DNA of 64,000 nt from a virus. Both the position numbers and the translations under genes were made by a program. Under the pieces are notes generated by a model, which was given only the letters and a program-made list of their open reading frames with translations, did no database searches and was not told where the DNA came from. Shown piece by piece: positions 19,534 through 29,290 of the stretch (position 1 is the first letter of the stretch; each line of letters begins with the position of its first letter). The DNA lies in IMG/VR virus record IMGVR_UViG_3300037010_003037, positions 32,001 to 96,000 of that record. One strand, given 5' to 3'.

Positions 19534-21033
19534 ATGACAGATCTTAACTTAGCGTTTCAGTTCGAAAATGGGCTAGTATTCTCTGAGACTGACATTGCAA
19601 TCTTTTCTGGTGCTGATGATCCATCTACAGGGGTTTCGGCCCCTGTAGGTTCGTTCTTTTTAAGATCATCTGGAGACGCCTATCTTAAAACTGGCACGCT
19701 TAACATAAATTGGTCTAGAGTTCTTAAAAATGGCGATGTAACTATTAACTTAGTTCAACCAACTTCAGGTTTAACAATTACTGGTGGTCCAATAAACAAC
19801 AGTGGAACTATTACATTTGCTCTCGCAAATGATCTTGCCGCGCTTGAAGGACTTTCAGGAACAGGTTTTGCTGTTAGAACAGGTACTGACACATGGGCAA
19901 ACAGAACACTTACAGCTGGTACTGGTATTTCCATTTCCAACGGAACTGGAGCAGATGGTGACCCAGTTATTACAAACACTGGTGTTACTTCAGCGTTTGG
20001 AAGAACTGGAGTTGTTTTAGCGCAAGAAGGTGATTACTCGCTTAACCTTTTATCAGATGTATCTCTTACTTCACCATCAGCTTTCCAAGTTCTTGCGTAC
20101 AATGGTTCACAGTGGGTAAATACGGGTGCTGTTGGTGCAAATGCTACTGGTTTGGTTGGTGCTGGGCAATCATCACCGGCTAACTGGACACTTATATCTG
20201 GAACTAGATATAGAGCTGATTTTGTTCACAATCTAGGAACCTCAAACGTAGTTGTAAATGTCTGGAATACAAGCAACAACGATGTGGTTATTCCAGCTCG
20301 TATAACAGCACTAGATGCCAATACAGTTAGAATTGAAGTAAATGGTAACACGGCAACTTTAAGAGTGGTTGTTGTTGCCAATGGGCAATCAATAGTTGCT
20401 GGTGGATCAACTCCTTCAAGCGTTATTGCTGCTAAGGATGGGGTGGATATTCTAAGCGGCGCAACACGTTTGAACTTTGTTGGACAAGCAGTTAATGTTG
20501 CTAATTCTGGTGGTGGAACCGCAAATATTACTATCGGTTCACGCTTTACGTTCTTCTCGGCATCTCTCGACAGCCCTAACAGTTCTGATTGGGCAGTTAA
20601 TGCCAACGCAGCACTTACCACGGACCCATCATATGCTTCACTGAACGTCCGTTCATTCAGTGATACTGTTGAACAGGGTGTTGGCGCGTTAGTGTCTGTT
20701 CCTCCCGGTACAACACAATTCAAACTAAAAATTAGAGGTAGACCACAGACAGCTCCAGGCACTGCATCTGTAGTTCAGTTCCGTGTGTATACACGACAGC
20801 TTCCTCCAAATAGTACTGTCGGCACATGGTCAAGCGCGACCGACTTGTCTAGTTTTAGTGTTCCAACTAATGCTAACTTTCAGTACTTTGAAGTTATCGG
20901 ACCTCTAAGCACGATTGGGATGGTTGCAGACAGAATGTTTCAAATTGAAGTCACTCGTAAAGTATCAGGTGTTTCAGGAACTAATCTTGCAGCCAACTTT
21001 TTACTAGCTGAAATGACTCTGGAGTTCTTCTAA
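19534..21033 (+). CDS. Fibre-like virion structural protein
   Basis: LTAGTGISI, VTSAFGRTG, LSDV...QVLAYNGSQWVN and HNLG motifs typical of fibres. Confidence 0.75.
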   Translation: MTDLNLAFQFENGLVFSETDIAIFSGADDPSTGVSAPVGSFFLRSSGDAYLKTGTLNINWSRVLKNGDVTINLVQPTSGLTITGGPINNSGTITFALANDLAALEGLSGTGFAVRTGTDTWANRTLTAGTGISISNGTGADGDPVITNTGVTSAFGRTGVVLAQEGDYSLNLLSDVSLTSPSAFQVLAYNGSQWVNTGAVGANATGLVGAGQSSPANWTLISGTRYRADFVHNLGTSNVVVNVWNTSNNDVVIPARITALDANTVRIEVNGNTATLRVVVVANGQSIVAGGSTPSSVIAAKDGVDILSGATRLNFVGQAVNVANSGGGTANITIGSRFTFFSASLDSPNSSDWAVNANAALTTDPSYASLNVRSFSDTVEQGVGALVSVPPGTTQFKLKIRGRPQTAPGTASVVQFRVYTRQLPPNSTVGTWSSATDLSSFSVPTNANFQYFEVIGPLSTIGMVADRMFQIEVTRKVSGVSGTNLAANFLLAEMTLEFF

Positions 21034-21770
21034 TGGCAATTCAGTGCACAGCTGCCGACTATCATCTTAGAAGCACAAGTTCTTTTTTGAACATATCAAG
21101 CACTGCACCTTTTTCTATAGCCGTTTGGTTAAATGCCTCCTGGACAGATGGTAATACCTACTCATTTGTTGGAATATATGGTCCGACAAATTCAAATGAT
21201 TCACCAACAGCTACTCCAGTTACCGCTTTACAAATTGGAACAAAGACTGGGCAAGGTAATTTAGTATTTTGGACATGGGGTGGTACCACATTAACAGCAA
21301 CATCAACTGGCGTGATGAACGCGTTTAACAATAAGTGGTGTCATGTGACTTACACGTATGATGGTACTACGCATCGAGGCTATGTAAATGGTAAACTAGT
21401 TACATCAACAGTAGGGTCAAATACAGCTGGTTTTTTAAAACAGATTTACATAAATGGATATCCTGGAGCTACAACAAATGAAACTTCAACTCATCAAGTT
21501 GATGCATACATGCTCTATAACCGTGCGTTAAGAGATGATGAGATACTTACTATCTCATCTGCAAGAGGATCACGTCACGCAATAACATATGGGTTGCTAG
21601 TTTGGCATGAATTTGATGAGCAAGCACAGGGAACTTCTGTTACAAATGTTGTTGATCTTACTAAAAATGGAGTAAATTTAACAAATGTATCTGTAGGAAC
21701 CCCCGGCGCTCCAGCAACATATACGTACATAAATACTCTTGCAAATTCTAACTTGAGGCCAGTTCAATGA
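21033..21770 (+). CDS. LamG/concanavalin-A-like lectin domain protein
   Basis: FSIAVW, WCHVTYTYDG...YVNG, LYNRAL. Confidence 0.85.
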   Translation: MAIQCTAADYHLRSTSSFLNISSTAPFSIAVWLNASWTDGNTYSFVGIYGPTNSNDSPTATPVTALQIGTKTGQGNLVFWTWGGTTLTATSTGVMNAFNNKWCHVTYTYDGTTHRGYVNGKLVTSTVGSNTAGFLKQIYINGYPGATTNETSTHQVDAYMLYNRALRDDEILTISSARGSRHAITYGLLVWHEFDEQAQGTSVTNVVDLTKNGVNLTNVSVGTPGAPATYTYINTLANSNLRPVQ

Positions 21771-22708
21771 CTACAGAAGTTCTCGGTAAGCTATCATTTT
21801 TAGAGGTTCCAGATGTAAATGGGAATGATGTTTTGCTCAACGCGGGCGGTGTTCCTTCATTTGCTTCAGGTCCTACAACCAATCTTCCTTCATCTGGAAT
21901 TGTAGGTCGTATCTACATTGATACTACAGCGCTTAAAATTCTTAGAGATAATGGAACCTCTTGGGATTCTATTAGTATTACTTCTTCATCTATTTTAGGA
22001 ACAGCTAATCAGATAAATGTTTCTGGAACTGATCCTTTGAATATTTCTCTTGCAAGTAATGCCATTTTTCCTGGAAGTGAAGGAATTGTGCTTCCATCTG
22101 GTTCTACGTCATCAAGACCAGCTGTTCCTACAGTAGGCAAGATCAGATATAATACCGACCTTCGACGTATTGAGTATTATCAGCCAAGTGTTTGGGTTAA
22201 AAGTAGCGGTATAATTGAAAAGAATGTCACAAATATAAAAATAACAAGTACTGCTGAAAGTGATTTAATGAGCCTGACAATTCCAGGAGGAACACTTGGA
22301 GCAGATGGCATAATCAAAATTAGCATTAATGCATCCATTAATAACGTGTCAGGTGCATACAGAGCATATATTATTAGGGTTAGGTATGGTTCCACTATTG
22401 TATATGCTGATACTACTGCAAACCAAGCAACTGGCACCACAGTAGGGTTAACAGGAAATCTGTACTTAACAGCAAATAGTTCTTCATCTGCCCAAACATT
22501 AAATGGTTTCATAATGATTGGATCAGCTGGGGCTGTTACTACTGGTATTACAGGTGATTTGTCAACAAGTACAATCTTATCTAATGCTATTATTGATGCA
22601 ACAAGCGCTGTAGATAGCAGTGTAGATCAAACACTTCGTGTAACTATTCAACCAAGTGGTACTGGAACAACTACAACTCGTAGATTCTATCTAGTTGAGT
22701 TACTTTGA
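21767..22708 (+). CDS. Fibre-like structural protein
   Basis: LPSGSTSSRP...GKIRYNTD fibre motif. Confidence 0.7.
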   Translation: MTTEVLGKLSFLEVPDVNGNDVLLNAGGVPSFASGPTTNLPSSGIVGRIYIDTTALKILRDNGTSWDSISITSSSILGTANQINVSGTDPLNISLASNAIFPGSEGIVLPSGSTSSRPAVPTVGKIRYNTDLRRIEYYQPSVWVKSSGIIEKNVTNIKITSTAESDLMSLTIPGGTLGADGIIKISINASINNVSGAYRAYIIRVRYGSTIVYADTTANQATGTTVGLTGNLYLTANSSSSAQTLNGFIMIGSAGAVTTGITGDLSTSTILSNAIIDATSAVDSSVDQTLRVTIQPSGTGTTTTRRFYLVELL

Positions 22709-22719
22709 GGAGAACATAA

Positions 22720-23280
22720 ATGACTATAGCATATAACAAAGTAACTAGAGAGTGGAAATCAACATCAACGCCAGAAGAATTAGATTCGAATTGGATAATT
22801 GATCCTGTGTTTGAAGATAAAGAATTTGCTAATGAAATAGGTCAAGAATATTGGTCATTTGACGGCAACATCATAAAAACACCAACGCGTGAAGAGTATG
22901 CGGCTATTCAAAAAGAAAATAACCAAAAAGAAATGTGGAGACAAATTCAAGCATTTCGCGATGAACGAGTAAGTACTGGTGGAGTGTTTGTTGCTGGAAA
23001 ATGGTTTCACAGCGATAGCACATCACGTATTCAACAGCTTGGGTTGGTTATGATGGGGCAAAATATGCCATCTAACTTAATGTGGAAGACCATGGATGGT
23101 ACGTTTGTGCAAATGACTCCAGAACTTGCCCAGCAAATTTTCCAAGCATCAGCAGCAAGCGATATGACTAATTTTGCGATTGCTGAACAGCATCGTCAAC
23201 AGATGTTACTTTCAGATGACCCATTGAATTATGATTTTAGAAATACTGCTCCGCAGTGGCCACCAATTTTTGGAGAGTGA
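22720..23280 (+). CDS. Tail-fibre assembly-like protein (DUF4376-like)
   Basis: IQAFRDER...GGV...WFHSD...WKTMDGTFV motif. Confidence 0.7.
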   Translation: MTIAYNKVTREWKSTSTPEELDSNWIIDPVFEDKEFANEIGQEYWSFDGNIIKTPTREEYAAIQKENNQKEMWRQIQAFRDERVSTGGVFVAGKWFHSDSTSRIQQLGLVMMGQNMPSNLMWKTMDGTFVQMTPELAQQIFQASAASDMTNFAIAEQHRQQMLLSDDPLNYDFRNTAPQWPPIFGE

Positions 23281-23281
23281 T

Positions 23282-23911
23282 ATGAATAAATCTCTTTTCC
23301 AGCGCGTTCAGGAATGGTTTATAAAGAAAATTTCACCTATTAAATGGAAGCAGAAAAATCCTTTAACTGATGATGATAGAGCTTTCCTTCGAGACGTGCT
23401 TTCAAAGGATTACTTTATCATTGCTATTCGCAGAAGCAATTATCTCACAGCGTTCTTCATTGATTTTGGTAACTTTCTTTTAACAGGACGTTGGGGATAT
23501 TTTACACACGTTTTTATGAACCTTGAAAATGATGTTAAAGATGATTCAGATTTTAGGTTCATTGAAGCAACTACATTAGGAACAGAATACACAACATTTG
23601 ACCAAGCATTTGAAGATGTTGATGGAGTTGCTCTCCTAAAACCGCACTCCATGACGTTAACTGAATGGACAGAATGCCTTGATGCTGCTAAGAAAGAACT
23701 TGGTAAGCCATATGATACACTATTTGATCTAAAGAATGATTTAGAGGTAAACTGTGTTGAGTTAATTCGTATTGCTCTTAAAGCTTTGCCAGACTATGAT
23801 ACCCGTTTTGCAAATTTAGAAAAAATGATTCAAACAAAGAAGGAAATTACACCAGAAATGATTGTTGATTGTGAAGATTTTCACATTTATTACATGATTA
23901 GAAAGTTCTAA
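23282..23911 (+). CDS. Permuted papain-like NlpC/P60 enzyme (YiiX/YebB-like)
   Basis: His before Cys: YFTHV...IEA...GKPYD...NCVEL; probable start 23282 after GGAG. Confidence 0.75.
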   Translation: MNKSLFQRVQEWFIKKISPIKWKQKNPLTDDDRAFLRDVLSKDYFIIAIRRSNYLTAFFIDFGNFLLTGRWGYFTHVFMNLENDVKDDSDFRFIEATTLGTEYTTFDQAFEDVDGVALLKPHSMTLTEWTECLDAAKKELGKPYDTLFDLKNDLEVNCVELIRIALKALPDYDTRFANLEKMIQTKKEITPEMIVDCEDFHIYYMIRKF

Positions 23912-24325
23912 ATGTCTATTAACGCGTGCTCATTAAATGAGCACACAATGAACTCTTTGTGTAGCAGTAAAAGGCAGGCTATCATTAATAGCCTGCTTGA
24001 TCTTGTTCCACGTCAAGAAGAAAAAGGACACCAGCAGAAAGTTCATCTTGATACTTTAGTTCCTCTTAGCATCTTTAGAAGACAAGTTGAAGAAGATACC
24101 GATTTTGCTCCTGTTGAACTGCCATACATAACAGTATCTGTCGAAATAAATGGTGAAACTCAGATGCAAACACTTGATAGGGATGAAATAATTTCGCTTG
24201 TTACAATAAGTAACATTGTTGCAAGAGATGTAGAAACACCAAATGTACGTATCATTGATTTAAACGTCAGTGAAATTGATTCCACAAATGTAAATATCTC
24301 TGATTTGAAAATTAAGGTGCTTTAA
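23912..24325 (+). CDS. Hypothetical protein
   Basis: 137-aa ORF coupled in operon. Confidence 0.65.
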   Translation: MSINACSLNEHTMNSLCSSKRQAIINSLLDLVPRQEEKGHQQKVHLDTLVPLSIFRRQVEEDTDFAPVELPYITVSVEINGETQMQTLDRDEIISLVTISNIVARDVETPNVRIIDLNVSEIDSTNVNISDLKIKVL

Positions 24326-25026
24326 TGGAACTAAGATTTCCCTCTCAAAAATCAATTGAAATTTCTTTCAAAGTTAGCATTGCTGGTACAAGTGCTTTGC
24401 CACAAGCGGTGTCAATTGTTCTAACTAATGGAGAAACCGCTCTTAGTTTTACTGCTCAAAAGCGTGATGACACATGGGTTGCTGTTGTTGAACGGCCTGG
24501 TATGATTTTTGGCGATGGCATTATTCAAGTGGCAGTGCATGTTGTCGTTAATAGCAGGCTATTTATCCCAGTTAAAACAACTGCAGAGATTTTTAGTGAT
24601 AGGCTAAACAACTCTGCGGCATTACAACCAGAACCAGAAGTGGTTGATTTAATAACTACTAAACAAGAAATTGAACCTAAAGATGAACCGGATGCTGTTG
24701 CAGTTACAAAACAATATGATGAACTAACACAAACTTTGCCCGTCAAATCAATAGAAAGCATTCTTAAAACGCTTGAATCTGCAAACATGCCAGTTTCAAA
24801 GATAGCGAAAGATAAACAACATAAAACTACAACTCACAAAGTTACAAAACAAACATCCTTACAAGCAAAACAAGTCCAAGAAGACATAAAACCAAATAAT
24901 CTACTTAAGTCCATCGAACCACAAATTGAGCGCACGACAGAAAAAGTTATTGAAACACAAAAACCAACTGTTCCAAGAACACCGTGTGTTTTTGAAATAA
25001 AGCGATCAAAGATTGTAATAATCTGA
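24325..25026 (+). CDS. Hypothetical protein
   Basis: 233-aa ORF with TAATG coupling. Confidence 0.7.
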   Translation: MELRFPSQKSIEISFKVSIAGTSALPQAVSIVLTNGETALSFTAQKRDDTWVAVVERPGMIFGDGIIQVAVHVVVNSRLFIPVKTTAEIFSDRLNNSAALQPEPEVVDLITTKQEIEPKDEPDAVAVTKQYDELTQTLPVKSIESILKTLESANMPVSKIAKDKQHKTTTHKVTKQTSLQAKQVQEDIKPNNLLKSIEPQIERTTEKVIETQKPTVPRTPCVFEIKRSKIVII

Positions 25027-25047
25027 CCTAGATAGTTGTAGTATCAG

Positions 25048-25076
25048 TTTACACATATGTTGTCGTGATGTATAAT
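25048..25076 (+). promoter_or_regulatory. Early/sigma70-type promoter
   Basis: gTTTACA-N17-TATAAT. Confidence 0.7.
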
Positions 25077-25089
25077 AATCTCACCGAAA

Positions 25090-25482
25090 GTGAGGTGGAT
25101 TATGGTACAATTTTTGATGTTTTTTATTTTTCCAATTGTCATCTTGTGGCAATTTGGTTTTAGGCAGACTGTCGCAAATTTGCTTAAAGCTGGTTATGTT
25201 ATTCTTGTTTTACTTGTTTCTTCCCTATTAGGATTACTTCTTGAAGTAATGTTCTATCCAGATAATGTTAGAACATATGAAGGGATAACGTTATATACAA
25301 TCCTATATAAAAATAGTATTGAAAATTTGGGTCAAGCTTTTCTTATTCCATATATTTTTGTGATTGATATTCTTCGACTAGTAATTCATTATACATTTAC
25401 ACACTCAAAATGGATTATGAATATAGTTCAATTATATGGTGTTTATGTGTGCTTGTCATTTCTAAATCTAATAGAAAAATAA
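25090..25482 (+). CDS. Membrane protein
   Basis: Several hydrophobic segments; start probably 25102 after GAGGTGG. Confidence 0.65.
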   Translation: MRWIMVQFLMFFIFPIVILWQFGFRQTVANLLKAGYVILVLLVSSLLGLLLEVMFYPDNVRTYEGITLYTILYKNSIENLGQAFLIPYIFVIDILRLVIHYTFTHSKWIMNIVQLYGVYVCLSFLNLIEK

Positions 25483-25540
25483 ATTTTTAAACATCTGTTT
25501 TTAACACTTAAAACGGCTTTTGCTGTTTTATGCTTTGAAT

Positions 25541-25756
25541 TTAATCTTGATTTGTTCCCATCTCAGCCTCTATCTGTTTCCTCGAAATCAAAGCATCGAG
25601 CTCATTAATAAATCCAAGGTATTGATTTGCAAATGATGCGTTGGCACCGCGTAAGCCAAAATAAATGTCGTACATGTCATTCTTTAGATCAAGTAATTGA
25701 CTGATAGTTAAATTTTTCCATTCGGTTTTAGGTGGTAGTTTTTTATTATTTTCCAT
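25541..25756 (-). CDS. Hypothetical protein
   Basis: 71-aa ORF with AAGGAG RBS on the minus strand. Confidence 0.7.
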   Translation of the reverse strand: MENNKKLPPKTEWKNLTISQLLDLKNDMYDIYFGLRGANASFANQYLGFINELDALISRKQIEAEMGTNQD

Positions 25757-25808
25757 ATTGATCTCCTTTTTATTATATTTAATGACACAGTGTTTTCTGT
25801 TGCATCAT

Positions 25809-25816
25809 TATAAATA
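25809..25816 (+). promoter_or_regulatory. T4-type late promoter TATAAATA
   Basis: Exact octamer upstream of 25853. Confidence 0.65.
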
Positions 25817-25852
25817 TTAGGTGAATAAACACAAACATGGAAAAAATCAACA

Positions 25853-26248
25853 ATGAAGCTCAACGAAATAAAAACAGCAATTAGTAAAGAATATAATCTT
25901 CTTGAAGGTGTTATTCCTTATCATCTTACGATGACACTTGAGCAAGTTATTTCAGATGGTGGTATTACTAATAATGTTCAGTACTTCATTATGGGTGGTC
26001 TTATAAGCATGTTTAAGGATGGTGGTCCTTATCGTTGGCCAAGAGATCTAAACCCATACTCAATGACTACTAGCTCAGAAATAATTGATGCACTAAAGAC
26101 ATTGTCAGATTTAGAAGCTGTTGAACTGGCATCTTGGCTACTTGATAAGCTTCAAACACCTGCGTCCTTTGAATCTAATCCTTATGTTTGCCCATCTTCT
26201 ATTGACACTGTAGACTGGATAAAATGGGTTCTAAAAAAACAAGACTAA
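25853..26248 (+). CDS. Late hypothetical protein, possible internal head protein
   Basis: MKLNEI...NLLEG N-terminus; late promoter. Confidence 0.7.
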   Translation: MKLNEIKTAISKEYNLLEGVIPYHLTMTLEQVISDGGITNNVQYFIMGGLISMFKDGGPYRWPRDLNPYSMTTSSEIIDALKTLSDLEAVELASWLLDKLQTPASFESNPYVCPSSIDTVDWIKWVLKKQD

Positions 26249-26371
26249 ACTTTTCTTTTCAAAAACAATTTTTCTTTATGAAAGGAGTGTTAATTTTACA
26301 CTGATGAATATCATCTGGTGAATGGTAAGTTTTTTCTTCAACTACTTTACCTATGAGGGAACCAAAAATAA

Positions 26372-27169
26372 ATGGCACGTAACTCCCGAAAACAAAAATA
26401 CCCTCAACAAGTTCCTGCTGAATCTGCTGGGCAACCTGTAAAAATTCGCCACCAAACTAAACCAAAGAATATAGCTCAAGAGCTGTATCTAGAGTCTCTA
26501 AGAGAGCAGCCACTTACTATCTGTAGTGGTCCCGCTGGTTCTGGAAAAACATACCTTGTAACATTAGTCGCTATTGAAAAACTGCTCAACAATGAAGTTG
26601 ATCGGATTGTTATCACACGACCTGTTGTTGAAGCTGGAGAACATCTAGGATTTCTTCCAGGAACTCTTGAGGAAAAGCTTGATCCTTATCTTCTTCCCCT
26701 AATAGATGCCATTGAAGATCATATTGGTCCTACTATGGCAAAGAAACTTTTAGAAAGTGGTAAGATTGAAATTGCCCCGCTAGCATTTATGCGAGGTCGC
26801 ACGTTTAACAATTGTTTCGTTATCCTCGATGAAGCACAAAATGCGACGGTAGAACAAATTAAGATGTTTGTAACCCGCATGGGATATGACAGTATCTTCG
26901 CGATTAATGGTGACATTTCACAGTCTGATTTGCAAAAACCAAAGGGCGCTGGGTCTGATTGGGAAAATGGACTCCAGTTCATTATTCGTAAACTTAAAGG
27001 GAGGGACTCGAAGATCAGCTATATTGAATTCTTTAACAGAGATGTTGTTCGTTCTCAAATGGTCCAACGAATTCTAACTCTTCTTGACTCACCAGAGCCA
27101 AAACAGAGACATGATTTCTATGATCATGTAAACGGACACACGTGTATGGAGCCAAGAGAAAAGTCATAG
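26372..27169 (+). CDS. phoH: PhoH-family ATPase
   Basis: GPAGSGKT, TRPVVEAGE, LGFLPG, MRGRTF, LDEAQN, GDISQSD. Confidence 0.95.
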   Translation: MARNSRKQKYPQQVPAESAGQPVKIRHQTKPKNIAQELYLESLREQPLTICSGPAGSGKTYLVTLVAIEKLLNNEVDRIVITRPVVEAGEHLGFLPGTLEEKLDPYLLPLIDAIEDHIGPTMAKKLLESGKIEIAPLAFMRGRTFNNCFVILDEAQNATVEQIKMFVTRMGYDSIFAINGDISQSDLQKPKGAGSDWENGLQFIIRKLKGRDSKISYIEFFNRDVVRSQMVQRILTLLDSPEPKQRHDFYDHVNGHTCMEPREKS

Positions 27170-27222
27170 ACGGGTCTACGGGCGCCGCACTACACCGATC
27201 TTAAGGCGTGTCTTTAATAGAC

Positions 27223-27263
27223 CTGGGGACCGATTTAAAAAGGAGGGCGGTCCCCAGTGTTTT
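27223..27263 (+). terminator. Probable intrinsic terminator after phoH
   Basis: ctggggaccg/cggtccccag stem with a 15-nt loop, followed by tgtttt. Confidence 0.6.
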
Positions 27264-27271
27264 TATAAATA
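27264..27271 (+). promoter_or_regulatory. T4-type late promoter TATAAATA
   Basis: Exact octamer upstream of structural gene 27348. Confidence 0.7.
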
Positions 27272-27347
27272 CCATGTCTAAATTGCACGACATGGTGTAC
27301 CGGATAATCCTAGTCGTGCCAATAGTGAGCCGGCGCTAGGAGAAACA

Positions 27348-28814
27348 ATGACAACATCTTACGATATTAAATGGCAAAGTGGTGGTAATGAAGGAATTCC
27401 TGGTAAAGAAGACATTATCTTACCACAAAAAACAAATAACTCAACGTCTACATCACTGACTCTAACTGGTCGTGGAGTTGCAAACTACGGTGAGATTCAA
27501 CAAGAAAACTTCATCCGTTTGATGGAGAATTTTGCTTCTGCATCCCCACCACCACATCCAACTATTGGTCAACTTTGGTATAATGCTGCTGAAAGCATTT
27601 TGTACTTGCGAGTTGACCCAGACACTGTAGGTGAGCTTCAACCACGCTATTTCCCGCAAAGCCCAGCAGCATGGGTGCAAATTTGGCCAAGTAGAACAAC
27701 CTTCGCATCTTTGACTGAATATGCACCAATGGCAGCGATGATAAACAAGATTATTGGCACGCCTTCAACAGAAGGTTCGTCAACAAATTGTGAAACTATC
27801 CAATATGGATGGGGTCAGACTGATTTAGTTCCAGAATATGATAGTGTAAACAAACTTAAAGCAGGATTTGATCCAAACATTTATCCTCAACAATTTGATA
27901 ATACAGCATGGGTTATTCTTCTTTCTCGTTTGAGAAAAGCGATGCGCCATGTTGGTTTAGATGAAAGTACAGTTTCTCCAGTAGGTTTTATTGATGATGG
28001 TCGCCCAACTCCACCAAATGGTAGCCATCTAGCAAATAATTATAATGATAATCCAGCTCAAACATCACTACCAGACTATACAGCAGGATGGGGTGGTGTT
28101 GGTTATTTGACATTGCAACTTTATTATGCAGCAACACTTAATGCAATATCTGATCTTAAAAATAATCGTTTAGCTCGTCCTCCTCAATCTACAGAAACAC
28201 ATGTTTTGGTAACAGCTACTAGAACAACCGCATGGGATTCTACAATTTCGCACACGGTACGGTTAACGTTCCAAGACGAAAACGCAGCTAAAGCATACTT
28301 TAACACTGGGGGTTCATTACAGTTTAATATGGATCTAGCATCACCTGGGTCTGATCTTATTAGCACTAACTGGTCCCAATGGTTAGCTTTGATCTCTGGA
28401 TTACACTTTGATCTTAAGGGAATTAAGCTTAACGATGGTAATTACTATGTTACGAGTAGCGGGCAGATCGTTGGGTTCTGTGATTTAACATCAACAATGA
28501 TGACGATATTTTCTAGAAGACGTGATATCGCGCATACTGGTTCAGGATATAATTCTTCTGTATATTCTGTGTATGATAATATTATTGACAGTGGTCTTCA
28601 AATTGATGCACGTCGATACAATAGTTCAGGTCATCACGTTCTAGAATTTGTTGTTCGTTTTATTGAAGATAACTCACAGAACATATATGGATCTGGTTTT
28701 ATCACAGGTAACCTTACATCAACTATTACTGGATACAAGGCTTCAGCTAACAATATAAACAGCCCAGTGATTGCATTTCCAACTACTGTGGGATCTGATA
28801 CTACAATCCAGTAA
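27348..28814 (+). CDS. Virion structural protein (baseplate/tail-associated)
   Basis: TSLTLTGRG...YGE...ENFIRLMENFA...GQLWY N-terminal module; YFNTGG; late promoter. Confidence 0.75.
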   Translation: MTTSYDIKWQSGGNEGIPGKEDIILPQKTNNSTSTSLTLTGRGVANYGEIQQENFIRLMENFASASPPPHPTIGQLWYNAAESILYLRVDPDTVGELQPRYFPQSPAAWVQIWPSRTTFASLTEYAPMAAMINKIIGTPSTEGSSTNCETIQYGWGQTDLVPEYDSVNKLKAGFDPNIYPQQFDNTAWVILLSRLRKAMRHVGLDESTVSPVGFIDDGRPTPPNGSHLANNYNDNPAQTSLPDYTAGWGGVGYLTLQLYYAATLNAISDLKNNRLARPPQSTETHVLVTATRTTAWDSTISHTVRLTFQDENAAKAYFNTGGSLQFNMDLASPGSDLISTNWSQWLALISGLHFDLKGIKLNDGNYYVTSSGQIVGFCDLTSTMMTIFSRRRDIAHTGSGYNSSVYSVYDNIIDSGLQIDARRYNSSGHHVLEFVVRFIEDNSQNIYGSGFITGNLTSTITGYKASANNINSPVIAFPTTVGSDTTIQ

Positions 28815-28839
28815 ATTTTTGTTGATTCTAGTATCTAAT

Positions 28840-28871
28840 AAATATCCCTGTCTAATGACAGGGATATTTTT
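28840..28871 (+). terminator. Intrinsic terminator overlapping a late-like TAAATA
   Basis: aaatatccctgtc-taat-gacagggatattt followed by Ts. Confidence 0.75.
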
Positions 28872-28908
28872 ACTTCTAAATAAGAAATAAGAAATAAGGA
28901 ATATCAAA

Positions 28909-29289
28909 ATGACAGAACTACATCCTGATCTCCAGGCAGCACTTGATGCACGTCTTAATGACGCAATTGCAGCGGCAAACTATCGTCTTACTCTTAATAA
29001 TCAAAAACAAAACGCGCGACTAAAGCTTCAGAAAGATTTAATCTATGCCAAAAATGGTGGCATGTTCAACATTTCTCCTGAACTGATTTCATTTATTCAA
29101 TCGCTCATCAGCATGGGTAAGGAAGACGCGATTCTTCTTGATATAAACAAGAATCCAATTGAAATTTCTGATTTACTGGATTTCCAAGAAGCAATCGTGG
29201 CTCAGTACTATGAGTGCATGAATGATTTCTTATATGAATTCAAATCACTCCAAAAATCACGCACAACAAAAGCATTGATTGGGGAATAA
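28909..29289 (+). CDS. Hypothetical protein heading the glycosyltransferase operon
   Basis: 126-aa ORF with AAGGA RBS. Confidence 0.75.
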   Translation: MTELHPDLQAALDARLNDAIAAANYRLTLNNQKQNARLKLQKDLIYAKNGGMFNISPELISFIQSLISMGKEDAILLDINKNPIEISDLLDFQEAIVAQYYECMNDFLYEFKSLQKSRTTKALIGE

Positions 29290-29290
29290 T

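Noticed and set aside
26300-26335. Hammerhead-like CTGATGA upstream of phoH
   Set aside because: No GAAA after a stem II
27272-27320. Purine or SAM-II riboswitch assignment
   Set aside because: Only short coincidental similarity; the conserved cores are absent
28878-28898. 7-bp tandem repeat aaataag x3
   Set aside because: Short AT-rich slippage before an RBS; no evidence of function
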